Positions 20,975-31,015 of a stretch of 64,000 nucleotides of DNA are shown piece by piece (position 1 is the stretch's first letter; every line of letters starts with the position of its first letter). Source of the stretch: Cyanidioschyzon merolae (lineage: Eukaryota); NCBI GenBank assembly GCA_000091205.1, contig AP006494.2. One strand, 5' to 3'. The notes beneath the pieces were generated by a model that was given only the letters and a program-made list of their open reading frames with translations, had not been told where the DNA came from and did not search any database. The position numbers and the translations under genes were made by a program.

Positions 20975-22573
20975 ATGACCTCTGCAGGTTCCCGAGCTAG
21001 CACCGATGAGGATGTAGGTTTGGAGCGACTCCTGGGACCGGTGCAACGTACCTGTTACGACGCATGGCTGTCCAAATGCCTTGCTGCGCGGTGCGGCTTC
21101 TTCGAGGACGCCTACATCGCGCTACTGGATCCGATCCAGAGGCTGGCAGCTGATTCGGCAACATCGTGCCCGCAACGGCGTGGAGAGCGGCAGCGGTTGC
21201 CGTGTCAGCACGGCGGTTTGTCAGCAGCGATTTCGGACGGCAGCCAGCGGCACGCATCGATACCCACTGTCGACCGAGGTGGCAAGCCAAGCGGAAGCAG
21301 CGCGCCGCACCCAGGCCGTGGCAAGGCGTTCCGAGAAGCTGCTGGCCCAGATTTCGCGTCATCGTCATATTCAGCGTGCGGCGATGTAGACGACGGCGAG
21401 GGCACGCATTTGAATGCCGCGGGGCATCAAACGCTGGTAGGAGGCCAGCGAAACGGGCATAACGGCGCTGGGACTGCGCAACTGCTGAGCCTAGGCCAAC
21501 GAGTACCGCGGTCGTTGCGTGTAAATAGCAGTGGCTTGGACGCGGTGCTCCTGCACGGCACGTACGCTCGGGTCATGGCGCTGCGTCACATCATGGACAC
21601 AGTCCTCGAGCGCCTGCGGTTGAAAGCGGGCGCGAGCCACCAGCCACCGATGCTGCAGTTGCTCTCGCTCGGCGCTGGACTCGATAGTATGCCATTCTGG
21701 TTACTAGAGCGGTCGCGTCAGGCAAGCGTGGCGGCGTCTTCATCACACCGAGAAGTGCCGCTGCCGCAGGTTCGCTACCATGAACTGGATACCGAGCAGG
21801 TGGCGTCGCTCAAGGCGTTGTGCATTCGACGGCAGGCAGCGCTCGCTCGCGCCATCCAAGCACCTGTCGCCGACGTGCAGGCACGCGGTGCGGGAAGCGC
21901 GGACGCATACGCGGGAGTCGCCGTCGCTGGCGCGCAGGCACCCGATGTTGCATCCAAGGTGCAGGTGGTGCTCGAAACCCCGGTGTATGCGCTGATCGCG
22001 GCGGACCTCTGCAGCGGCCGCTCCGTTCTCGGTGCTGCTCTCGAGCGCCTGCAGCGACATGGAGGCATGCGGCGCGAACCGAGCTTCACGCTCATTCTCC
22101 TGGAGTGCGTTCTGGCGTACCTGTCGCCGGCGGATACCGTGAATGTCCTAGAGGCATTGCGCGAGCAGTTCGCGAACCACCCGGCACTGCTGGTGTGCTA
22201 CGATCCGATCGGCCTGGACGACGCGTTCGGTCGCCACATGCAACAACGCCTAGAAGAACGCGGTGCTCCGCTGCAAGGTCTGAATTGCCGCGCGACCCTG
22301 GATGAGGCTGTTCGCAACCTTGAGTCGTTGTTTGCACCTGGAGCGGCATCGAAGCATCCGGGCCGCGGCATGGATATGATGGAGGTCTACCAGCGACTCC
22401 GGGACGACGCTTGCGAACGGAGCAGGATCGAGCGCATCGTTGCACTCGATGAAGTCGAAGAGCTGCGCCTCTTGATGCGTCACTATGGACTGATTTGGGT
22501 GAGTAATGAGCATGCAGAAGTATTTGACTTTTTCAAACCTAGCAGATTCCAAGGCTCAGCGGTCGACGCCTAG
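20975..22573 (+). CDS. LCMT1: Leucine carboxyl methyltransferase (PP2A methyltransferase), LCMT1/Ppm1
   Basis: The N-terminus …RTCYDAWLSKCLAARCGFFEDAYI… parallels LCMT1 …[24 protein letters not shown]…. …LLSLGAGLDSMPF… is the SAM-binding motif (VNLGAGMDT). …FTLILLECVLAYLSPADTVNVL… and …RIERIVALDEVEELRLLMRHYGLIW… match the LCMT1 C-terminus. It carries an insertion of roughly 120 aa at ~21140–21540. The track start is GTG 20966; the ATG is at 20975. Confidence 0.85.
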   Translation: MTSAGSRASTDEDVGLERLLGPVQRTCYDAWLSKCLAARCGFFEDAYIALLDPIQRLAADSATSCPQRRGERQRLPCQHGGLSAAISDGSQRHASIPTVDRGGKPSGSSAPHPGRGKAFREAAGPDFASSSYSACGDVDDGEGTHLNAAGHQTLVGGQRNGHNGAGTAQLLSLGQRVPRSLRVNSSGLDAVLLHGTYARVMALRHIMDTVLERLRLKAGASHQPPMLQLLSLGAGLDSMPFWLLERSRQASVAASSSHREVPLPQVRYHELDTEQVASLKALCIRRQAALARAIQAPVADVQARGAGSADAYAGVAVAGAQAPDVASKVQVVLETPVYALIAADLCSGRSVLGAALERLQRHGGMRREPSFTLILLECVLAYLSPADTVNVLEALREQFANHPALLVCYDPIGLDDAFGRHMQQRLEERGAPLQGLNCRATLDEAVRNLESLFAPGAASKHPGRGMDMMEVYQRLRDDACERSRIERIVALDEVEELRLLMRHYGLIWVSNEHAEVFDFFKPSRFQGSAVDA

Positions 22574-22662
22574 CCGGCAACAGCGGTATTCACAAGCGGC
22601 AGCTGCGGCTCGACACCGTGGACTACGCGCAAGCGGCCTTGTGCGGGCAATGCTCTACCCAC

Positions 22663-22686
22663 AGCAGTAGCAGCAGCAGTAGCAGC

Positions 22687-22746
<60 letters not shown>
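22663..22746. repeat. (CAG)n trinucleotide microsatellite with TAG interruptions, ~85 bp
   Basis: Read directly. It lies just 3' of the LCMT1 stop codon and creates spurious poly-Leu/poly-Cys ORFs on the minus strand. Confidence 0.95.
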
Positions 22747-22747
<1 letters not shown>

Positions 22748-24346
22748 TCCGATCGTAGACGACATGTCTAGCGATCTCAAGCCGTCCTCCGTGGTGAGGC
22801 GGAAGCAGCGATGCAGGCCTGCGCCTCGCAAAGACTCCGGTAATGACCATGCTGCACAGCATCCTGGATACCTGGTGACGCAGAGGCGGTCGCTGCTGCT
22901 CCGGGAATGCACCATAGCGAACACGCGCACAGCCGTTCGCAGCGGCGCTGGTCGAATACAACGCCCACCTGCACGGAAATAACACGCTGGAGAAGCACCA
23001 GATGGAGTTACCAACAGGCTGCGAATTCGCGGTATCCGTTGTCGTCGTCGCACCTGAGACGTGTTCTGCTCATTGGCATGCCCGAACGGAAGCATCCGGA
23101 CTCGATTTCGTTTCTCCAGTGCACACCGCAGCTGTGAGATCGTTCCCAGCAGTCCATGAAGCTCGTCAGTCTTCGCATCCGCAGCAGTGCTTTAGGCTAG
23201 CAGGTCTCAGCGCAAAAGGCGCTGCGCGTTATGCTCCACTCGGCGTCGTTCTAGGCTGCGCGTTGGCGTCAACTGTCGTCGATGTCGGTGCATCGTGCGG
23301 CGTCGCGATGTCAGCCTGTGGCACCCGCCTTGCACCCGTTAGCTTCATTCGAATTCACGCGTGTCTGGGACACAGCTTTGTAGGCAGCGGCGACGAGTCC
23401 GGTGGCGCTTCGGCACTGCCAGCAGCAAGCTGCGGTGCCGATGCCATTCCTCCCCATGGCGCCAGACGCATCGCTCGTGAGTGCGAGCTTGCACCAGACC
23501 GGGTTGGGGACTGCTTTTCCTTCTGCCTGCTGTTTTGCTCTATGCATTTTCCGCGTTATTCACTGAGCAAGACTAGAAACCTCAAGCTCAGCACTCAACG
23601 TCGCGGGCATAAACTTTCGCGTCCAGAGCCCATGGAACTATGCTTGTTGCGGGGAGCGCGCATTGGCCTTCCGCGCGGCGCTCACGTCCTCCAAAACCAG
23701 AACCTCTTTCCGTAACTCGCTTCTTCGCAAGAAAGGTTGCAAGCATGGTGAACTTTCAAGTACAAGTCAAACAGGCCCGTACTGCTCCATGGAATTCGTG
23801 CGATTCCACAATCTCAACGTGTCGGCAGCTGCGGTTCACCCCAGGTGCTCTCACGGTAACTTGGAAAGACCCAGCGCTGTGCAACGTTGAGCTTCACTTC
23901 GACGCTAGACGCAAGGCCAGCAAGAACTCGCGTTCCGCGAACTCACTTGTCTACCTAGCTGCGTGTCGCTGGTTCCGCGAGGCTAGAAACACTTTCTCAT
24001 TCTCGAACTTGAGCTGCGAACGTTTTGCGTTACCCAGTTTAGCGCTTGTCCGCGCGGAGCTCAACGCGGTTACACAAGAGCCCCGTGACGCCCAAGTCCT
24101 TTCAAAGTGTGCTCCGATTGAGGCTTCCTAGCGATCCGAGAAATGACACATAATCTTCCAGCGCATATCTGCAGAAACGGTGCAGCAGTTGCAGACGGTG
24201 GGTGTCGCCACGAGTGCAGCGCTGTTGTAACTAGACATTATGAGACAGAAAGACATATCCACCTCGTACGCCACTTCACACAGGCCTCTGCGCTTTTCAC
24301 CAAGTTTTCGTAGATCCGTTTAACCCAGTTCGAACTTCGATTTACC

Positions 24347-27300
24347 ATGACCAGCGGTCAGGGCGGGGGCGGTTCAGCTACACCGGAAGAGTCTTCGGTT
24401 GTCGGAACGCTGCAAACCGCATCGAACGATGCGGTTCAGAGAACGCTGGATCGAGCAACAAAGCGAACTCGTAGGACGGACGCCGCAAACGCCGCTGCAG
24501 CACCGCAAGCACCCACTCGCATAGTGCGGGAAGCTCGTCGTGCAGCACTGGAAGCTCTGAAGCGATTGAACGTGGCGGATGTTGAGGTCGCTGAAGAAAG
24601 CCCAGACACGAAGCCTCCGCGTCGCACTGTTCCAACCACAGCCCTGCAGGAGAATCCGCGCGCACTCTCGCCCGCAGCGGACCTCGAGAAGGATATAGAG
24701 TGGGAGTCTGCTTGGACAGAGGGTGCGGCAGAGCAGCCATCTCCTGTGCAAACAAAAGACCAGCTAGAAGTTGTTCTCGAGCTCGACGAAGAGGGTACAG
24801 ATAGCGCGAGCGGGGTGTCCCGTTCGCAAGCTGACTCCACTGGCTCAGACGCTGATCATAGGGCTGCGAAGCGCCGGCGAGGATCACTTGCAACCAAGCG
24901 AAAAATGACCAAGACATTTTCCGCTGCAGAGCGTGCCAATGCTTTACGCATACATCGCATACATCTTCTATGTATGCTGGCGTCGTCGCTCACTTTCGAT
25001 CGACTTTCCAGTGCGGCAACTATCCAGGCCCGCGCACTCTCCCTAGTTCCATGCGAGGTAATCGAGCGTTTTGACCGAATCCCTGAAGATGCCCTTAGGG
25101 AGACTTCGTCTAGTCTTGCAGAGGCTTTGACGTATTTTGTGGTCTGGTTTGCGTCGAACTACCGGCAGTCATCGTTCCCCTGTGAGGTATGCTGCCCCGA
25201 CGAATCAGGATATTCAGTGCCAGTTCCACGCACACCACATACCCGTCTAGAGCACGCTATGCTGCATGGCTTGGGTGGTGAACAAGAGCTGGTTGCTCTT
25301 GCATGCGCCATGCTACGAGCGTTGCTCGGTCGTTTGAACTTTCAGTCGCAAGCGCGGCCTGAGGGCAAGCGCGTGCAGTCCGCCCCAGTTCCCGATGGCA
25401 GCACTGTGCTGCTGAAGAGATACGGACTCGTGCGATTCGTTGCAGGCCCAAATATAATTGGCCGCAAACCCGAGCACTTGGAACTTGTCGATCAGGGATC
25501 TGGTTTACCGACTTGGCAAGCACGACTTTCGGCCATCCTGGAGCATTGGTTTCCTCCAGCTCCAGCCGATGTGCCTCCATCGAAAAAGCAATGTCCATTG
25601 GAACCACCACTCAATCGGAAACGACCCGGTAAGCCACTGCGGAACTCTCGATCGTCGCACGGTCTACAGCAGAAGCATGCGATGCAGGCACATGGAGTCG
25701 AAGCGCAGCCGCCCGCGGTACACTCGAAGGCGTCGACTTTGGATGCAGACACTGGAGAAGCCTCGTTGCCGCGACGCGCCCTTGAATCGCCGCAAGTGCG
25801 GCAACGTGACGTTCATCATCAGCAGCAGCAAGCTGGACGCGGCCTCTCGACAAGCAAAACCCAAAGAACGCGCCAGAACTGGCTTACGCGCGACAGCAAA
25901 CGTACCGCAAGTGCGCTCGAGTCCGCTGAGCGCTACTCCAATCCAAGAGGCAATACGCGTTCGACATACTTATGGGCGTATCAGATTCAATCGGCTTTTC
26001 TCGCGCCGTGGAGAGTGGGCGTGAACATATCTCCGCAGGTTGCCCATCGTCGCACAGCCGAGTCGAGCGATCGGAGCTCGCAGGCCAGAAAGACGGGTAG
26101 ATTATGGTCCTTGTCTGTTCCTGGTCGATGGAATCTCACGAACGCGGATCCTTACCGAGTGCCGCAATACTGGCTGGAGGTATGGGATCCGACTCAACAG
26201 CACTGGATCCATCTCGATCCGATGCGATGCTTGGTCGACGACCCGCTAGCCGTCACGGTGCTGCCTTGGTGGACCCGTACGACGCGGCCTCTGCCCCGGT
26301 CCGCGGCAACTGGCCAGCGGGATCGGCACCTGAATCCGTCTAAGACAAGATCCCTGAAAGGAGACGTTTCCAACGAACCACGGGAAGAAGACGACGGTGA
26401 CGGTAATCGTATCCAACGACCGAAGCGACGCTCATCAAGGCTGCGTCCCGATGCAACATACAATGAGATGGATGGGCGCAGTGGAGATCGCTCACAGAGC
26501 GAGAGCGACACGGCGTCGAGCGAGCTCGAGACTCCCGAGCTCCCCACGAATCGATGGAAACGGGAGCGTGCCGAACGAGTTGTCCCGTATATCTTCGCGC
26601 TGGAGCATGGATTTGGACGTGACGTCACCCGCCGCTACACAACCCGGTTCCAACCTGTACTCGAGGCTCGCAGTCTTGACGGTCATCGCTACTGGACCGA
26701 GGAGGTGCTCCCAATGCTGAGCCCCTTTCAGCCACGCACACACCTGATTGAAACAGAGCACGACGCTATCGACGACGACGCGTTCAGGGAACGCAGCACG
26801 CTCTGGAATGCACTGGACAATTTGGAGCAAAATGAATTTTGGGGATTACATGAAGCGGAACCCATTCCTCGATCCATTTCTGCGCTGAAAAATCACCCCG
26901 CTTTTGTGCTTGAGGAACATTTGAAAAAGTATGAGGCGATTCATCCGAAGCTTGCCATCGGAAACATCCAACGCATCCAGCCAAACGGACGGATTCAAAC
27001 TATACCTGTCTACCGTCGACGAGATGTTCACCTGTTGCATACCCGGGAGCGCTGGTTTCGTGAATGCCGAATCGTTCGGGAGAGCGAGCTGCCCTACAAA
27101 ATCGTGCAATCGTTCATGTCCCGTTTTCGACAACGTCGTGAAGAACGACGTAGAGAACGGCGCCAGCAAGCACCTGAAGAGCTCGAGGATTCGTCGACTG
27201 CCACCGCAGGTCCGACGGAACTATTCGGTATTTGGCAGACGGACCCCATGCCGCGACCTCGAGCTGAAAATGGTATTGTCCCTCGATGTGGCCTGCGGGG

Positions 27301-27889
27301 CAATATCGAGCTCTGGACGCCGAATCACCTGCCTCTGGGAACAACGCATGTCGACTTGCCTTTCGCTGCCATGTTTGCGCGCCGTCTCGGCTTTGACTTC
27401 GTACCAGCGATGGTCGGTTTTGAGGTACGAGCATGCGGCTTCGTTCCAGCTATTCGCGGTGTCGTCGTCTGCACCGAAAACGCTGCAGCGCTTACGGATG
27501 CATGTGAAGCAGAGATCAAGCGGCGACGAGAACGAGCCGAAAAAAGGATGCGAGAGGACGCGCTGCGACGCTGGCGACAACTCATTCGGACTATTGTAGC
27601 GAAAGAGCGTTTGAGGAAACGATATGGCGGATTTCAGGTCCAGGACACGAATGCAACGTTCTCCAGTCGCAAAGCGGGCAAGCAGACGTCTTCATCGTCT
27701 GCCGCGGAACCCGCGAAACGAGAACGCGTGCCTGCCGCAACCGCTGCAGGAGCAGACGACGACGCTGATCAGCGTGCCGCCCATGAACACGAGTGGGTCT
27801 TTGTGGGCGCTTCGAATTCCCAGGATGCTCTCGGGCGCAAGCAGTGTGCACTCTGTGGTCTCTGCGTCACCTACGAGTCTCTGTTGTGA
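24347..27889 (+). CDS. XPC: XPC/Rad4 nucleotide-excision-repair DNA-damage recognition protein
   Basis: A transglutaminase-like region (…WLEVWDPTQQHWIHLDP…) and the C-terminal BHD region …GIVPRCGLRGNIELWTPNHLPLGTTHVDLPFAAMFARRLGFDFVPAMVGFE… parallel Rad4/XPC (…NxxGNIEL…P.GxVHL.L…A.KLGIDYA.AVxGF). The ATG is at 24347. Large low-complexity inserts are present. Confidence 0.8.
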   Translation: MTSGQGGGGSATPEESSVVGTLQTASNDAVQRTLDRATKRTRRTDAANAAAAPQAPTRIVREARRAALEALKRLNVADVEVAEESPDTKPPRRTVPTTALQENPRALSPAADLEKDIEWESAWTEGAAEQPSPVQTKDQLEVVLELDEEGTDSASGVSRSQADSTGSDADHRAAKRRRGSLATKRKMTKTFSAAERANALRIHRIHLLCMLASSLTFDRLSSAATIQARALSLVPCEVIERFDRIPEDALRETSSSLAEALTYFVVWFASNYRQSSFPCEVCCPDESGYSVPVPRTPHTRLEHAMLHGLGGEQELVALACAMLRALLGRLNFQSQARPEGKRVQSAPVPDGSTVLLKRYGLVRFVAGPNIIGRKPEHLELVDQGSGLPTWQARLSAILEHWFPPAPADVPPSKKQCPLEPPLNRKRPGKPLRNSRSSHGLQQKHAMQAHGVEAQPPAVHSKASTLDADTGEASLPRRALESPQVRQRDVHHQQQQAGRGLSTSKTQRTRQNWLTRDSKRTASALESAERYSNPRGNTRSTYLWAYQIQSAFLAPWRVGVNISPQVAHRRTAESSDRSSQARKTGRLWSLSVPGRWNLTNADPYRVPQYWLEVWDPTQQHWIHLDPMRCLVDDPLAVTVLPWWTRTTRPLPRSAATGQRDRHLNPSKTRSLKGDVSNEPREEDDGDGNRIQRPKRRSSRLRPDATYNEMDGRSGDRSQSESDTASSELETPELPTNRWKRERAERVVPYIFALEHGFGRDVTRRYTTRFQPVLEARSLDGHRYWTEEVLPMLSPFQPRTHLIETEHDAIDDDAFRERSTLWNALDNLEQNEFWGLHEAEPIPRSISALKNHPAFVLEEHLKKYEAIHPKLAIGNIQRIQPNGRIQTIPVYRRRDVHLLHTRERWFRECRIVRESELPYKIVQSFMSRFRQRREERRRERRQQAPEELEDSSTATAGPTELFGIWQTDPMPRPRAENGIVPRCGLRGNIELWTPNHLPLGTTHVDLPFAAMFARRLGFDFVPAMVGFEVRACGFVPAIRGVVVCTENAAALTDACEAEIKRRRERAEKRMREDALRRWRQLIRTIVAKERLRKRYGGFQVQDTNATFSSRKAGKQTSSSSAAEPAKRERVPAATAAGADDDADQRAAHEHEWVFVGASNSQDALGRKQCALCGLCVTYESLL

Positions 27890-29872
27890 TCATTGGGATC
27901 GTTCGAAACGGAGCGGCGTTTGCGGAACGCACGGTTTGTCGAGCGTCCGGTTCACGACAGATGCCAGGAACGCGTGCGTCGCAAGGCGTACGCGAGAAAC
28001 GTGCTTTCCGGCCAGAAGGGTTCGAGTTTTTTATGCTGTACGATGGATGCATTGAGCGTAAGAGTTTCTGTACCATGGGTTTTGTGAATGGCCCTGGCCC
28101 AAGTTAGTCAGCATCAAATAGAACGTGAACGCTCATTTTGGTGCACATGCTATTGTTCCCAGTGCCAGCAAAAGCATCCTCTGCAGGCTGATTTTTTTGC
28201 GTATGCTTCCGTTCTCTTCTCGATAGTCTTCGGATTTGAATACGTGAGTCTCTCCTTTGTTTCAAGCTGCTTTGCAAACAGAAATTGGATGTGCATAGCA
28301 ATGTAAATGATCCGATTCCACAATTAAGCTATTCTCGAGGCATTTCATGGAGATGCAAAACTTGCGATCGACGCCTCGTTTGCCATAGTCATCAGGTGTG
28401 TAGAGAACCTCGGTGCGACCTCCGCACCAGCAGTGACACTTGATTGTGGTCAGGCGTTTGCATCTATGTAGTCCGAGCCTCCTGTTCCGAGCGCTGCTCT
28501 GCGGCACGCGAGCGTTTGCTTCAACGCTTGGTACATGCCCTCGACGGGTGCAGCGAGCTCCCGTCCATGCCCTAGCTCAACGCCGCGCCCACTACCGTTT
28601 TATAAAGATGTCGGGCATGTTATGGACGTTCCACGTGACACATACGCGGACGAAAGCACACGCAAGCGAAAGCAGTCCCGTTCGCCAGCGGATTTGTGAA
28701 CCGCCAGAGCATCGATGGAGTATTCAGGCTCGAGATCAAGTCGAGACAAATTTCGATCAGCCAACGCTCTTTTCCTATAAAGTTTTGACGCAAGCTACCC
28801 TCATAGCAGTTGCCACGACAAGTGAATTCCGAGTCCAAAACGCTCTTCCATCCAAACAGAAGAGACGGACGCTCGTGATACCATATCGTATGAAGGGGTC
28901 TCATGCTGGTCCTATCGAATGCTGCTTCGTCGACGGATACAAACTGAGGACGACTTGCGTTTCGAATGTCACTGATTCCTTGAATTTACATATTCAGGGA
29001 ACATTCGGCGTGCGCTTGTTAACAGGTCATCCGGAGACGACGATCAACTTTTCTTCGTCGTCAGTCCGGCGGTGCAAATCGGGAAGCCCACTTGTCACCC
29101 TGAAATACACAGATCAAAAACATGACGAATGCGTGATGTGCGCACGCTGCATGTGAGGAAACGAGAGGCGTGGGTGCTTGTCATCGACTGTCGCGGCTGG
29201 GCATCCCGGGAAACGTTGCAAGAACTGAAAATCAGGACCAAATCGCGTATTTCCGTATTCCATTTTCGTCGGATACTCGTGTAGGCGGATGCAATGTTCC
29301 TTGCGAATTCACAATGCAAGCACATAACCACGTAAGCAAACCGCCACACTTGTATGCATAAAGGCCCGTATGCTAGCATGCAAAGGTGACGCTAAGTTCG
29401 GCACAACTGCCGGTCAGTGCGCCTGCAGCGTACCCCCGGAGGATGTCCACGAAGCGCGTTGACGAGTGCTGTTCACTACGCGCATGCTTCGCAACCTCAC
29501 AGATATGAATATTTACCGTTCGCGGCTTGGTTTCGCGCAAAACAGCTTTAGGCAGACGAACATTGCGGTTTACTGACAGAGACATATCGATTGGAAAGCG
29601 TCTAGTGAGTCCTGATGATCGCGCTCACCATCGGTCTGGAGCCGCTGAATCAGAGCACGTGCTCTCATCAACGGGAATCCGTTGCTTTTCCTGGTGCTTG
29701 CGCGCCATGCGTCCACCGTTCAGTAGCGCGTCTGGCCGGGCGTGTTGCCTGCCGGCTTTCGTAGACGAAAACGCATACTGGGCGTGCACCAAAATCCACA
29801 GCAGGTACGGACATACGAATCCATACAAGAGACCTGGGCGCCTGTCCTCGCGAGCGTATGGTGCATGCCATT

Positions 29873-30502
29873 TTACGTCACTTGTTTAAGCGTAAATACC
29901 TGTTCGCAAAGTGGGCAAACTGCGGGTTGATCTTTCCGCACTTCGAGCCAGTAGAGGTCGTGATCATTGGGTGCAGCGGGACCCGTGCAACCCACGATAC
30001 GGCTGTTGTAGGCGCTCTCGACCATAACCGGAGCATCCATGGTCCCGAAAGGCCCGCGGATAACTTCGTTGTGTTTGAAAAGGTCGGGGTACTCCAGCTC
30101 CAAACGCTCCAGTCCGGTTGCTTGATCCTCCGCGGTGGGCATCGCTCCAGGCGGCGCTCCCCGAACCGGCGGCTGCAAGTCCGTGGCTTCATCATTTGAT
30201 GTGTCCATAGCTGCCGAGGCACGCGGCGGCGACAGCGAGGCACTCGAACCGCTGGCTTTGGTCGCGATGCTCGCGCAGCAGGGCACGCTCGGCTGTAGCG
30301 CTGACCGCCTCGTACGCCCACCAGGAACTAAAAGTCCACTGCTACGCCACCAGAACCAATACCCTTGCGGAAATGTCTTATCCTTATGTACGGGTACGTC
30401 AAGGATCTCAAGGTTGCGCCAACGCGTGCTCGTGCTCGTTGCGCGCGCTAATGTGCGCCTTAAGAGCGCATCCAAGCCACCGCACACCAAGAACCGTTGC
30501 AT
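29873..30502 (-). CDS. COX5B: Cytochrome c oxidase subunit Vb (zinc-binding; yeast Cox4 type)
   Basis: …AEDQATGLERLELE…NSRIVGCTGPAAPNDHDLYWLEVRKDQPAVCPLCEQVFTLKQV parallels human COX5B …DEEQATGLEREV…[38 protein letters not shown]. The ATG is at 30502. The N-terminal extension (~130 aa) is unusually long for a presequence, so the true 5' end may differ. Confidence 0.8.
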   Translation of the reverse strand: MQRFLVCGGLDALLRRTLARATSTSTRWRNLEILDVPVHKDKTFPQGYWFWWRSSGLLVPGGRTRRSALQPSVPCCASIATKASGSSASLSPPRASAAMDTSNDEATDLQPPVRGAPPGAMPTAEDQATGLERLELEYPDLFKHNEVIRGPFGTMDAPVMVESAYNSRIVGCTGPAAPNDHDLYWLEVRKDQPAVCPLCEQVFTLKQVT

Positions 30503-30699
30503 GCTGGCGTGTCCTCTATTCGAAACAGCTTACCACTGCGAACAGCACCGTTGAAAGCCCACGACGTCGGAACAGCTTACAAGGTTTCGTCGCAGTCCGT
30601 GCTGGTCTACCAAAGTCTCAGGGGGTGCTCTGTGTATCTATGTGGAATGCTCACGACTGACGTTCGAGCGAACATTGCCCTGCCGTCGCGATGGCGATC

Positions 30700-31015
30700 G
30701 GGCGGAGGAACGGCACGGCGGCGGCGCAGCATGCGACGCGTCTATGCACGTATGCGATGCATCTATGCACGTATGTGTGTGCGTCTATGCATGCGTGCTG
30801 TGCATCTATGCACGTATGCGATGCATCTATGCACGTATGTGTGTGCTTCTATGCACGTATGCGGCGCGTCTATGCATGCGTGCGATGCATCTATGCACGT
30901 GCGTGCTGTGCATCTATGCACGTATGCGATGCATCTAGGCACGTATGCGACGCGTCTATGCACGTATGTGTGTACATCTATGCGTGCGTGCTGTGCGTGT
31001 GCGTGTGTGGGCGTT
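30700..31015. repeat. Degenerate 21–22-bp minisatellite (~13 units; consensus near gcatctatgcacgtatgcgat)
   Basis: Read directly: repeated ctatgcacgtatg(c/t)g… blocks. The track ORFs 30497..31144(+), 30642..30938 and 30691..31056 are repeat translations (…MHVCDASMHVC…). Confidence 0.9.

Noticed and set aside
22623-23095. Minus-strand ORFs encoding long poly-Leu and poly-Cys runs
   Set aside because: They are translations of the (CAG)n microsatellite 3' of LCMT1.
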